Origin: a virus
Lineage: Duplodnaviria > Caudoviricetes
Length of the DNA: 64,000 nt
Direction: 5' to 3' (one strand)
Virus record (IMG/VR): IMGVR_UViG_3300024493_000235
Location: 160,001-224,000 of that record
The notes under the pieces: model-generated
Told to the model about the DNA's origin: nothing
Database searches by the model: none
What the model saw: only the letters and a program-made list of their open reading frames with translations
Made by a program: the position numbers and the translations under genes
Shown: positions 27,722 through 37,637 of the stretch, one piece after another
Layout: each line of letters begins with the position of its first letter
Numbering within the stretch: the stretch's first letter is position 1

Positions 27722-28909
27722 ATGAACACAATTACAATCGGAATCGGAGCCGCAGGATCTGCCATTGCTGAAGTCGCAGTCCGTTTAGGATTTGGGCAAG
27801 CAATGGCTATGAATTCAAGTTCCGAAGATTTAGACGCCGTAAAATTAATCGATCCGGCAAGACGAATTAAACTGCGCACACTAGATGGCGCAGCGAAAAA
27901 CAGAAACTCAGCATTAGCTGCGTTCAAAACCGAATACCAAAACTTTTTGACCAATGTAAACAACGCCTTTAACGCTACAGGTACCATAGTAGTTCCTGAT
28001 CTTATTTTCGTTGTCGCCTCTGGTGGAGGCGGGACAGGCTCAGGTATTCTTCCTGTGGCCAGCAGAATATTGCGAAAAACATATCCTGACAGCTTTGTAA
28101 TTCCTGTCATTGTTCTTCCGTCCCTTTATGAGAGGGGAATTGCGCAGCAAAATGCGATTGACTGTCTGCGCGAACTCGGCCCGACACAGGATGAAAAGAA
28201 AGATCCTTCATGGAAGGATTTTACAATCATTCTGGCCGATAACACACGAGAACAAACCGACTTGTTGGAAAAGAAGTATGAACTTATAAATTCCAACATA
28301 GTTGGCAACATACAAAGACTCGTCTCAACCACAAAAACTTCCCGTATTTCAAATATGGATATTGCCGACAGAAAAGCTATGTTCTCAGACCCTGGAATCA
28401 TGGTAATAGGAAGCGCGACTGTAAAGAACGATGAGGAATCTCCGATACGCGCCGCGATAAAAAGAGCGATAGAAGCTACGGCAATGTCCGCAGATATAAC
28501 CGCCAGTGTAAAGCGCGTTGCAATTCAAGTTGAAGCCTCAACAAGCCTCTATACCGAGAAAAACATCGTCGACGCTCAAAGCATGTTTAAAAATGCCGCA
28601 GGTGTCTTCGAAGGCTATTACGGTTTGGATGAACCGGCAGTCGCTACAGAAGGAAAGACAGGCGACGGTAAAGTGCTTGTAGCATTCTCCGGCGCAAGAC
28701 TTCCTGAAAAGGTGATAAGGGAACGTGAAGCAATCATTGAAGATACATTCAAAGTTCCTACAGAAAGTGCCGTCGAAATTGCCAAAGGAAACAAAGATCT
28801 TAAATCGGCTTGGAGTTCTTCGACAAAATCGACTCCGGCAGCGGCGACAGAACCTGCCGCACAAAACTTTGACGATATCTTTGCGGGTATTGAAGGAGAA
28901 AGGACTTAA
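27722..28909 (+). CDS. phuZ: tubulin/FtsZ-family GTPase (PhuZ/TubZ-like)
   Basis: IGIGAAGS, GAAKN, tubulin signature GGGGTGSG, PSLYE, DN, NMDIAD T7-like loop, flexible tail ending in an acidic motif. Confidence 0.9.
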   Translation: MNTITIGIGAAGSAIAEVAVRLGFGQAMAMNSSSEDLDAVKLIDPARRIKLRTLDGAAKNRNSALAAFKTEYQNFLTNVNNAFNATGTIVVPDLIFVVASGGGGTGSGILPVASRILRKTYPDSFVIPVIVLPSLYERGIAQQNAIDCLRELGPTQDEKKDPSWKDFTIILADNTREQTDLLEKKYELINSNIVGNIQRLVSTTKTSRISNMDIADRKAMFSDPGIMVIGSATVKNDEESPIRAAIKRAIEATAMSADITASVKRVAIQVEASTSLYTEKNIVDAQSMFKNAAGVFEGYYGLDEPAVATEGKTGDGKVLVAFSGARLPEKVIREREAIIEDTFKVPTESAVEIAKGNKDLKSAWSSSTKSTPAAATEPAAQNFDDIFAGIEGERT

Positions 28910-28918
28910 TAGAAATTC

Positions 28919-28960
28919 CTTAAGTGTGGGACGCAAAATCCCACACTTAAGTTTTTATTT
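28919..28960 (+). terminator. rho-independent terminator after tubulin
   Basis: CTTAAGTGTGGGA / TCCCACACTTAAG 13-bp stem plus TTTTT. Confidence 0.8.
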
Positions 28961-29390
28961 ATCATTACGTCAATGGATACATTAGGGTCTAGTTTTATCA
29001 CGCTAGTGGTAAAGCGCCTCCTTTCAGCGTCCGTTTGCACCGATATACCACTCGGTGTACATATTAGAAATGCGCTATTAGCCATGGATGTATTTCTAGT
29101 AATGACGCAAAAAGACATGCGGATTGTATGTCGCTTCTATACATACGGTTCTTACTCGATCGTATAACGAATTCGATTTTCTGTCAAGCCGCAAACCGGA
29201 AATTCGTCTTCGTACCCATGATCTTAATGTATCCATTGATCTAATGATAAACATACAAAAGTTAATGGATTGACCAAAATGGTCGCGCTATTTGGTTAAG
29301 AATAGCTGTAGTAATTTTTGTGTGTTATCTTGGGTCCGCGTAAATCTTCCTTTACGTAAGCGCTATTACGGCGCTTACGTTTATTTTTTT
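28958..29390 (+). ncRNA. candidate ~430-nt structured non-coding RNA (RNA-1)
   Basis: ~30-bp closing stem 28958-28989 / 29220-29251, internal hairpins with G-U pairs on +, 3' hairpin, terminator 29354-29390, no credible ORF. Confidence 0.6.
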
Positions 29391-29405
29391 AATCGGGGGG
29401 GGGTT

Positions 29406-30095
29406 ATGAAAAACGATAACCTACATGACTTGTCGACCTTCATGGACTGGTGGTCTGATAAGTGTGCGAAACCTTTCTCTATTCCGTTTCACATACAGCC
29501 TGATACTGTAAATCGTTTTATAGAGAAATATAAGTACGCAAATCTTGTATATGAAAGTTATACAGATGATGAGGATCACAGCACACCAAATTTTATGGCG
29601 CTTTTTTATTCTCCGTACTATCCTGTGTATACTTTACATCGAAAGTTTAAAATTCACACCATTCAGGATCATGAGGAATATGGCGGTAAATATACTGTGA
29701 CATTCAAGCATATCTTCTCAGAAGAGGAATTTCAGAAATGTAAATACTACAAAGAAGATACGCGTGAAAGAAAAAATCACATTGAAGTTGTGGAATATCC
29801 GCAAGAGAGACTTAAGGAAAAGGACAGCCTTTTGTCTATATCTCCGTATATTTTCGCATACGATTTCTTGAACTTAAAGGAACCTACAGATATAGCTTTA
29901 TCTTTACAGTTCTTGAAAAATCGGCATAACATATTGCAATCCTTACGTGTTTTATACATACAAAATGAAGAATCTTACACAGAAATTCTTAAAGCTTCTG
30001 GTTTTTCTATTGTCGATTGTGTACCGAATGTCGCATATCCTTTGTGTATGGACAACATTTGGGCTTATGATTTGGGTGCTTCAACATCTACATAA
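29406..30095 (+). CDS. hypothetical protein
   Basis: ATG 29406 after a poly-G RBS; ~229 aa. Confidence 0.6.
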   Translation: MKNDNLHDLSTFMDWWSDKCAKPFSIPFHIQPDTVNRFIEKYKYANLVYESYTDDEDHSTPNFMALFYSPYYPVYTLHRKFKIHTIQDHEEYGGKYTVTFKHIFSEEEFQKCKYYKEDTRERKNHIEVVEYPQERLKEKDSLLSISPYIFAYDFLNLKEPTDIALSLQFLKNRHNILQSLRVLYIQNEESYTEILKASGFSIVDCVPNVAYPLCMDNIWAYDLGASTST

Positions 30096-30121
30096 ACGTA
30101 TCCTACAAGGAGGGTATAATC

Positions 30122-31624
30122 GTGGCTATGACACTTGAAGATTTTGAGGGTTTTTATTATATCGAAAACGATCCGGATGAAGTTACCGGCTTTTTAAAGG
30201 GCGGATCCATATCCCTTGATAAGGATATAAGTAACGATCTTACTAATGATAAAAAGATCACTTTCCGGGATGTACTTGAAAAGTTTTCCGTTCCAGTTCA
30301 TCTTACATGTACAGTTGCGAATGTCATTCACAATCTTTACATGGATAACTACGGGCTTGAAGGAACGTCAAATGATCTTTCTCTTTTAAATCCTGACACC
30401 ATAAACTCGTGGAAGAAAGCTTTTCAAATCGCTTACAGCATATACAGAATGCGCCGGTATTTAGGATGGACTGACGGAGCTAATAATCCTGCAGATTTAG
30501 CCTTACATATGGCGATGTCGGGATCAAATAAAACAGAAGATCCGAATGATCCTTTGAAGATGATCCCGAATACCATTTTTGAAGAATTCAAAATCCTTCG
30601 TGATGCACAGCGTTTAGATCTTTGGTATGTCAAAAACCTTGGAAGAGAAATAAGAACATACATTGTTCCTGGGACACAGCGTATTGCTAGAATGGAATTC
30701 TCATGTTATGACGATTCCGGCATTGGCGGAAGTTTCAGGAACTTTGTATTGTGGACAAACCCAGAAGTCTTCGTTACGACACAAGTGAACTCTCGTCCGT
30801 ATATTTACGTTTATTATACGGACGATCCTGATATTGAACGCCACGAACAAGAAGAAGTCGTTGCGGCAATGTTTAGAAGAATAGGACCGAGGTATGTAAA
30901 AGATCACAATGTATACATGGCGCCTGTATATTCAAGTGGAGAAATGCAGCCTTTCCATATCTTTACAAAAGGTATAAACTGGGAAGGACTCACTAATCCC
31001 TTGGATAATGCTAATATATTGCATGCTATAAAGCAGACAATATTGGAAAATGACAAAGACGCCCACAGAGGAGAAGACTTTCTTTCAGAAAAATATCCGA
31101 CAATATTTATCTCTTCAAGAAGGGCTATTTGGCCTTTGTATACAAACAAAAGTTTAAACGATTACATGGAAACAAATCCCGCAACTTCTATTAAGGAGTT
31201 ATTTCTTTCAAATCCTGTGAGTCTTGAAACAATACAAAAGGAAATAAACGATTCGTCTGTATTGCAAAACAGTGAAGCTCAATATCCATGGAAATACGAA
31301 ATATTCACTCTCGAACATAAATGGTTCCCGTTCATAGTTGGAGGCCCCGATGGCGGTCTTTCCGATAAAATCCCGAAATATCGTCCTTCAATAGACGGAA
31401 ATTTTAGGCATGATAATACCGAAGATGATTTTGCATTTAAGTTTCACACGTATTTAAAGAATACGATAAACTACATTTGCGGTGATACAAAAGTTATCGA
31501 TTCTGCCATCATGTCTGCGATGGGGTATGCTGAAACTTCAACTTACGTGTCGTTTAAATTACGAGGGGTTGAATGGGCGGTATACAAACGCGGAAACAGA
31601 ACTGAATTCGATTTAAAGGTGTAG
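30122..31624 (+). CDS. hypothetical (probable virion) protein
   Basis: 500 aa, AAGGAGG RBS. Confidence 0.6.
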   Translation: MAMTLEDFEGFYYIENDPDEVTGFLKGGSISLDKDISNDLTNDKKITFRDVLEKFSVPVHLTCTVANVIHNLYMDNYGLEGTSNDLSLLNPDTINSWKKAFQIAYSIYRMRRYLGWTDGANNPADLALHMAMSGSNKTEDPNDPLKMIPNTIFEEFKILRDAQRLDLWYVKNLGREIRTYIVPGTQRIARMEFSCYDDSGIGGSFRNFVLWTNPEVFVTTQVNSRPYIYVYYTDDPDIERHEQEEVVAAMFRRIGPRYVKDHNVYMAPVYSSGEMQPFHIFTKGINWEGLTNPLDNANILHAIKQTILENDKDAHRGEDFLSEKYPTIFISSRRAIWPLYTNKSLNDYMETNPATSIKELFLSNPVSLETIQKEINDSSVLQNSEAQYPWKYEIFTLEHKWFPFIVGGPDGGLSDKIPKYRPSIDGNFRHDNTEDDFAFKFHTYLKNTINYICGDTKVIDSAIMSAMGYAETSTYVSFKLRGVEWAVYKRGNRTEFDLKV

Positions 31625-31627
31625 CCC

Positions 31628-32497
31628 ATGATAGATAGATTGCATGTTGGCAAATATTACGAAGCAATCGGGGCTGGAAAATGGGCAGATTTTAAACAAG
31701 ACATAAAAGTTGTCGCCGTCACCACATTTCAAGAAGCTGAAAAGCTAGAATGGGATGTATATAAACCGTGGTTTGAAGATTATCAAATCGATGAAAGCAT
31801 GTATCAAAGACTGCTTTTAGAGAACGGTTTTGTTTATCATTGCAAAGCTCTTGATTCAAGGGATCCACAGGTTATGATAGACGGAAAGGGAGGAGATATA
31901 TATCTTTTCCCTATGATGGTGAATTATAATGAGACTACAGAGCTTATTACTTGTATGACATATAAATTTGAAATCTTTTCACGCCCTTATACCCAAGATG
32001 ATAGATTTAATCCGATGACACGTCTTAATATAGACCTTACAAGTGTCATTAACAACGCTATCCTTCCTCATATATACGATGCTGTTACGGTTTTAAGTAA
32101 CTCGAGTGATATCGTCATAAGTAAAAGAGAATATGATCTCTTTACTAAAGAAAGGGAAGAAGCCGAGTTAAATATAAAAACCGCTTTATCTAATGCACAA
32201 GACGAAGTAAACAGACAATTGATAGAAGCATATGCTCTTGTCGGGAAAAATGAAGAAGATAAGGAGAAAATCCGACTTCTTTTAATCTCCGCAGAGCAAA
32301 AAGCTGCCGATGCCTTTAGGCTTTTCAATACGTATACATCAAGAGATAACCAGCTTACACGAAAACAAAATGTATTGGAGCAAAAACGGATCAATTTGGT
32401 CTCATTAAAGAACGAATTCAACGAAAGATGTAGGGCTGCTGACTTGGAAGACTTGCAACTTCCAGACGATTGGATTCCTGACTTCTTTGATTTGTAG
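31628..32497 (+). CDS. hypothetical protein with C-terminal coiled coil
   Basis: 289 aa. Confidence 0.6.
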   Translation: MIDRLHVGKYYEAIGAGKWADFKQDIKVVAVTTFQEAEKLEWDVYKPWFEDYQIDESMYQRLLLENGFVYHCKALDSRDPQVMIDGKGGDIYLFPMMVNYNETTELITCMTYKFEIFSRPYTQDDRFNPMTRLNIDLTSVINNAILPHIYDAVTVLSNSSDIVISKREYDLFTKEREEAELNIKTALSNAQDEVNRQLIEAYALVGKNEEDKEKIRLLLISAEQKAADAFRLFNTYTSRDNQLTRKQNVLEQKRINLVSLKNEFNERCRAADLEDLQLPDDWIPDFFDL

Positions 32498-32561
32498 AAA
32501 TTTGGTCTAATTGATTCAAATATTATTTAGACTATATATCATCTACATGAAGGAGAAGAAT

Positions 32562-32768
32562 ATGACAACGACATTCACAAAATTTGGTCTACCTGTTATC
32601 TGGTCTTTAGTGAAAAACACCGTGTATGGGTTAAAATATAATCGAAAAGACGTACAGGTACGATGTTCATCCGTAGCAACCATCAAATCTGGCTACGGAA
32701 TGTTTTATGAACACATTCCACCCATAGCATTGGATCTGAAAATTGATCCTTCTGGGGCTGTGACATAG
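32562..32768 (+). CDS. small hypothetical protein
   Basis: AAGGAG RBS, TATATATCAT promoter motif at 32533. Confidence 0.5.
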   Translation: MTTTFTKFGLPVIWSLVKNTVYGLKYNRKDVQVRCSSVATIKSGYGMFYEHIPPIALDLKIDPSGAVT

Positions 32769-32911
32769 ACATTTTAAAAGCATTCTCATACAAATGAAAA
32801 TTTGTATTACACATATGGAGGTAAAGATTCAATAAAAATGCGCACGCTTTATAGTATATTTACGGGGTGGTTTCTCACCCCGTTATTTTAACAACAAGGA
32901 GGATACGTATC

Positions 32912-33217
32912 ATGGATTATGCCATATATGCGCGTATCGATATGCATAGAGGACCAACTCCTTATGCAGAAATTTGGGCCGACAAAGACAGCGATGATGT
33001 TTTTTCATCTGAAGGTAGGACGATGATTCCTCATTCGAGGTTTATTGTCACTCAAACATATCCTGAGTCAGAAGATGACATCAAAGAATACAAGCCTGAT
33101 GAAAACGATTTCCACCTTACAGATAAAATGAAAGCCTACATTTTCAAGTGGGCTAAAGAGAAAAGCTGTATGCCTCCGCATGCCAGCAATTGGGGATCTG
33201 TTTTTTCTTTATGGTGA
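32912..33217 (+). CDS. DUF4160-like small protein (paralog family)
   Basis: DMHRGPTPYA...IFKWA...NW....LW; AGGAGG RBS. Confidence 0.5.
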   Translation: MDYAIYARIDMHRGPTPYAEIWADKDSDDVFSSEGRTMIPHSRFIVTQTYPESEDDIKEYKPDENDFHLTDKMKAYIFKWAKEKSCMPPHASNWGSVFSLW

Positions 33218-33271
33218 GTATAGGGAGAGACGCATGTCTCTCCTTTATTTTTATAATAAAGGAGGTATTAT

Positions 33272-33487
33272 ATGTGTACAACTACAACTTCTACTTGCGG
33301 TCAAAAACCTCGAGTTTTTCAAAAAAGAAGATTTGGTGAACCGGTTATATTGCGAAATCCTGATGTACCAGGATATCCAGATTATCTTTTAAGCAACGAA
33401 GAAGAAATCGAATACTTAAAAAAGCGCATTGCAGTTACCCGAAAGAAAATAGAAGAACAAAATTCTCGCAAAGCTATCGGGGGATAA
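33272..33487 (+). CDS. small hypothetical protein
   Basis: AAGGAGGT RBS; terminator follows. Confidence 0.55.
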   Translation: MCTTTTSTCGQKPRVFQKRRFGEPVILRNPDVPGYPDYLLSNEEEIEYLKKRIAVTRKKIEEQNSRKAIGG

Positions 33488-33594
33488 TTTTAAGGAGAGG
33501 CATCATGCCTCTCCTATATTTTTTTTGATCTGTACATTTTGACAAACATTGTAATAGCGATAACGAGTATACATAATATATGTAGGAGAAAATA

Positions 33595-35376
33595 ATGGAT
33601 GGTGAAAAATATACATTTATCAATCAGTTCTACTTAAAAGAGCAATGGAAAAATAAAAAAGGCACTTTTAAGAAAGTAGCTGATGATGCAATGATTGTTG
33701 TATATAAGAAAGGGGATAAACAGATTATCAGAATTATCGAAAATCCCGATTTTTCTTTTTATATAGCTAAACAAAACGTCGATGTTCCAAAGTATATAGA
33801 CTTTATATCAAGAGACAGTGTCGACCTTGTTACCATCAAGTATCATGATCTTGAAAAAATTTTAGCTGATTATTGCGGAAGAACTGAAGAGTATAACTAC
33901 ATCAAATCTGCTGGAAAGTATGCAAGTTATGAAGAGAAAATGGAGACACGTAAAAGGTTCATTAAGAGTCTTCATATGAATCCTCGTATCTTTGGATCAG
34001 ATCGCAATATAGAAGAATGGTATAAACAGCAGTTTGTAAAACAGCATGGTGTTCACATAGGCGGTTACAAGCTTATGTTTTTTGATATAGAAACTGATAC
34101 TTTTTCAGATCCATCGGTCGCAAAAAGTCCCATAAACGTAATGTCTTTTTATTTTCAACCTTCAAATACGATGTATACTCTCATTCGGGACGATGAAAAG
34201 ACATATCCTACAATTGCACAATTCAAAAATGATTTGGCATCTGGGGCTTTTTTAGCTCGTCTTAAAGCAGATCCTGACATGAATGGACAAACTGAAGGTG
34301 AAGGAAAAGCTACATTTACAAACAAGGATACAACTTATATCTTCGAATTCTTTGATAATGATTTCGAGATAATAAAAAGACGATATAAAATTATTCACGA
34401 ATTAAAGCCGGATTTTTGCTATGCATGGAACTTCTCATTTGATGAAATGACATGTATTAACAGGGCAAAAAATTATATCGAACGTCATCCTGAAGAAGGG
34501 CGTCTTGAAGATTTATTGTGTCATCCTGATGTGCCTCCTAAATTTCGTTTCTGGAATTTTAGAGAAGATAAAAATCCGAGGCACGAATATTATGACAAAT
34601 GGCATATTCTTTCTATTCCTGGATATACACAATACATCTGTGCAATGTCGACATTTGCAAATATTAGAAAAGGACGTGGTTCTTTCTCATCATATTCTCT
34701 TAATGATATTTGCATGACAATACTGAAAAAAGGAAAACTCGATTATTCCAATATTGCCATAGATCCAATCGAGCTTCCTAAAGTTGATTTTGCAACTCAT
34801 GTGCATTACAATATTAAAGACACTTGGATGATGGCATGTCTCGAAGCTAAAACTAGGGATATAAATGCTCTTATGTATTTAGCAGAATTATCAAGTCTTT
34901 CTAACGTGTGTAAAAAGACTTCGATTGTAACAAACAGAATGATTCAATTCTATGAGAATAATGGTCTTGTTATGGCAAATAACAAGAATGCTCTTATACA
35001 AAATCCTGAAACAGGATATGAAGGCGCTATTGTTGCATCTCCTCATTTGAATGAAGCTCTCATGACTCCTTTATTTCCATATCCGTCTAAAATGATTCGT
35101 CCATTTATAAGCGATGCCGACCTTGCAAGTTTGTATCCGAGTATTGTTATTTTGTTTAACACTTACAAAACGGGATTAGAGTTTCAGATAGATAAGATAG
35201 GACAAGTATCTCAAGTTAGAGATAACATATCAGCCATCAGTATTCCTGAATGCTTTGATAATCTTTTAACAGGAGATATAATGTCATGGACACACGATTA
35301 TCTACAAATGCCATCGATAGGAAATATGGTGGTAGAACTTGACAAAGAGTTAAAGAGATTGGGAGGAGCAGAATGA
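33595..35376 (+). CDS. family B DNA polymerase, N-terminal subunit (3'-5' exonuclease plus motif A) of a split enzyme
   Basis: ExoI FDIETD, ExoII WNFSFD, ExoIII YNIKD, YEGAIV, motif A DLASLYPS; ends before motifs B and C. Confidence 0.88.
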   Translation: MDGEKYTFINQFYLKEQWKNKKGTFKKVADDAMIVVYKKGDKQIIRIIENPDFSFYIAKQNVDVPKYIDFISRDSVDLVTIKYHDLEKILADYCGRTEEYNYIKSAGKYASYEEKMETRKRFIKSLHMNPRIFGSDRNIEEWYKQQFVKQHGVHIGGYKLMFFDIETDTFSDPSVAKSPINVMSFYFQPSNTMYTLIRDDEKTYPTIAQFKNDLASGAFLARLKADPDMNGQTEGEGKATFTNKDTTYIFEFFDNDFEIIKRRYKIIHELKPDFCYAWNFSFDEMTCINRAKNYIERHPEEGRLEDLLCHPDVPPKFRFWNFREDKNPRHEYYDKWHILSIPGYTQYICAMSTFANIRKGRGSFSSYSLNDICMTILKKGKLDYSNIAIDPIELPKVDFATHVHYNIKDTWMMACLEAKTRDINALMYLAELSSLSNVCKKTSIVTNRMIQFYENNGLVMANNKNALIQNPETGYEGAIVASPHLNEALMTPLFPYPSKMIRPFISDADLASLYPSIVILFNTYKTGLEFQIDKIGQVSQVRDNISAISIPECFDNLLTGDIMSWTHDYLQMPSIGNMVVELDKELKRLGGAE

Positions 35377-36275
35377 CATCTCAAGAATACCATCATTATG
35401 CGCCATTTGAAGAATCTGTAAATGAAGTATGGTCTAAACGTTTTGCTGATGCTATAATGTATTTTTGCAAAATGTTAAAGCAAACGCACTATCCATATTT
35501 CTGTTTATATTGCGGACATATTTATACAGCCTTTACCCCTACTGAACCGCAAGATACCACTAAAACGAACGTTTTCTTGGGCAATATCGATATAAAATAC
35601 ACCGATTTTTGCACTCCTTTAACAGAATCGCTTACCGCAATATTCGATAATAAAGTTGGACCTAATATAGGGGGGTGTATTCTTATTATCGATATCGAAA
35701 AGTTTTATGCGTTTTATAACGAATACTCGAAAGAGAAAAAGGAAAACAAATCTCCAATACATCTTAAAATGCTTTTTCAAAACGATAAAGTTCTCAATCG
35801 CTGTAAGTTCTCATATACGCAACTTTCTTCAAATACCGAAGTTTCATATGAAAGCGTATTTGGTGTATATCTACTTACAGGCGTTCCCCGTATTAATGAT
35901 CCCGCAAGTCCTACATATCTTGAAACACATAGTGTATACGATATTCCAATTGGAATTATTCAAAATATGTTTGAAAGGGATGAGCCTGTTGATATAAATC
36001 TTCAAGAAGGTTTTATATCTATTTTTGGGACTAAAATTAACGCCAGTGTACATATGAATTCAAATGACATAAATGGCGTAATATCGATATCGAAAAATAT
36101 GTTTCTTAAAGAGTTTACAAAGAGTGCCGTTACAAGTGTAAACTTGACTCTTTATACTATAAAGAACATAAGTTCTTCTTTTATGCTATTCCGTTTTAAA
36201 TCCGTAATCGACGGTCTTACTGTTGTATCCGACGGATGGACAGTTATTATTCAGAAAAAACAACCGCTTATATGA
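35373..36275 (+). CDS. hypothetical protein
   Basis: 300 aa, coupled to the polymerase gene. Confidence 0.6.
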   Translation: MTSQEYHHYAPFEESVNEVWSKRFADAIMYFCKMLKQTHYPYFCLYCGHIYTAFTPTEPQDTTKTNVFLGNIDIKYTDFCTPLTESLTAIFDNKVGPNIGGCILIIDIEKFYAFYNEYSKEKKENKSPIHLKMLFQNDKVLNRCKFSYTQLSSNTEVSYESVFGVYLLTGVPRINDPASPTYLETHSVYDIPIGIIQNMFERDEPVDINLQEGFISIFGTKINASVHMNSNDINGVISISKNMFLKEFTKSAVTSVNLTLYTIKNISSSFMLFRFKSVIDGLTVVSDGWTVIIQKKQPLI

Positions 36276-36364
36276 GTATATATCATATAACTGTGTAGAA
36301 ATATTAACGGTTAAATACGCCCAGTTATGGGCGTATTTTTTATTTTATTGAAAAGGAGTAAATT

Positions 36365-36772
36365 ATGTCTTTAGAAAACCCTCTTATATTTGTACTTGCA
36401 ACAATGGAGCAAGACGACTTTACGTTACTTATGAGCCCTGATTGGATTCTCGAAAGAGTAAACGTGCCGATGGCAAAATACATATGTGGAAAGATATGTA
36501 CTTGGATTGTGCTGGATGGGATAGAAACGCCCATTAAAACCGACCAGGTTCACGAAATGGTCGTGAATTCGCATATGAAAGAACAGTTGTGTGAATTCGC
36601 AAAAGAGAAATTCATTAAATGGGCGAGTAAACCACATTATATCGCTGTCAAAGGCGAAAATTTTCAAAATGAAACTCTCTATGGAAATAACTGGATGCAT
36701 GCCATATCTTTATGGAGAGACCTTAAACGCGCAACGGGGGAGAAATATGAAAAATACCAAACCGGAGATTAA
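36365..36772 (+). CDS. DUF4160-like paralog
   Basis: FIKWA...NNWMHAISLW; promoter motif at 36277. Confidence 0.5.
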   Translation: MSLENPLIFVLATMEQDDFTLLMSPDWILERVNVPMAKYICGKICTWIVLDGIETPIKTDQVHEMVVNSHMKEQLCEFAKEKFIKWASKPHYIAVKGENFQNETLYGNNWMHAISLWRDLKRATGEKYEKYQTGD

Positions 36773-37166
36773 TGGACAGAAAATTGTTCTCGCATCTGTA
36801 AAAGATTACGGTATCGAAGTATTCATGAAAACGGATGATTCTGTCACACATCCTAATGATAGGCCTTTTATTTGGGTAAAAGATGAAAGAATTCTCGATT
36901 GCTTTTACTTGCACACAATTGAAGAATCGAGTTTTTTAATTTCCTCTCCGCCTAAAACAATCGAAGACCTTGTACAAATGCCGAATATCAAAGGAAAGAA
37001 TCCTGAATTGTTTTTTGTTCCCTCCACAGACGAGGTAAAACAAAAGCTCATTGTATGGGCTAATGATATATACCACATCATCGGGAATGTATCGAACGGT
37101 ACGAATTGGTTTCATGCAGTGAATCTTTGGCACACATTCAATAGGAGTATGGAGGCACAAAAATAA
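36747..37166 (+). CDS. DUF4160-like paralog
   Basis: THPNDRPFIWV...PPKTIEDL...LIVWAN...GTNWFHAVNLW. Confidence 0.55.
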   Translation: MKNTKPEINGQKIVLASVKDYGIEVFMKTDDSVTHPNDRPFIWVKDERILDCFYLHTIEESSFLISSPPKTIEDLVQMPNIKGKNPELFFVPSTDEVKQKLIVWANDIYHIIGNVSNGTNWFHAVNLWHTFNRSMEAQK

Positions 37167-37600
37167 TGGTATTAACAGATAAATTTTTCTCACTTATTGT
37201 CGGATCCATAAACGGTGATATATCGTTGGGTTTTCATATAAGACTTGAAATTGACAAAGTCAAGGATGTGGAGCATCCATTTGAAACGTATAAGCAATGT
37301 ACAATCTCCGAATTTACAGAAGACAGCTTTAATTGTCTGCTTGTTACAAACGAAAATTGGGATTACAGTGTTTGCATAAGTATTGCAAACAGACTTACCC
37401 CGTGTGCAATATCTGATATCATCGAAATACCTGGACCTGATGGAATAACAAGACTTGATAATGACACAAAAGTTAAAATTGTAGAATGGGCTAACGATGT
37501 CAAGTTTTTCAACAGAGTACCTATTGGCACAAATTGGACATATGCACGAATGCTCTTAGATGAGTTCAGAACAGAGTCGCTATTTAAAGCGTCAAGATAA
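37166..37600 (+). CDS. DUF4160-like paralog
   Basis: IVEWAN...GTNWTYARML. Confidence 0.5.
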   Translation: MVLTDKFFSLIVGSINGDISLGFHIRLEIDKVKDVEHPFETYKQCTISEFTEDSFNCLLVTNENWDYSVCISIANRLTPCAISDIIEIPGPDGITRLDNDTKVKIVEWANDVKFFNRVPIGTNWTYARMLLDEFRTESLFKASR

Positions 37601-37637
37601 CCTATTTCTAAGCACGATATAAAAGGAGTTTCTTATT

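Noticed and set aside
28926-28938. GTGGGACGCAAA resembles the c-di-GMP-I riboswitch core
   Set aside because: It lies within a perfect 13-bp terminator hairpin, and the P1/P2 context of the riboswitch is absent
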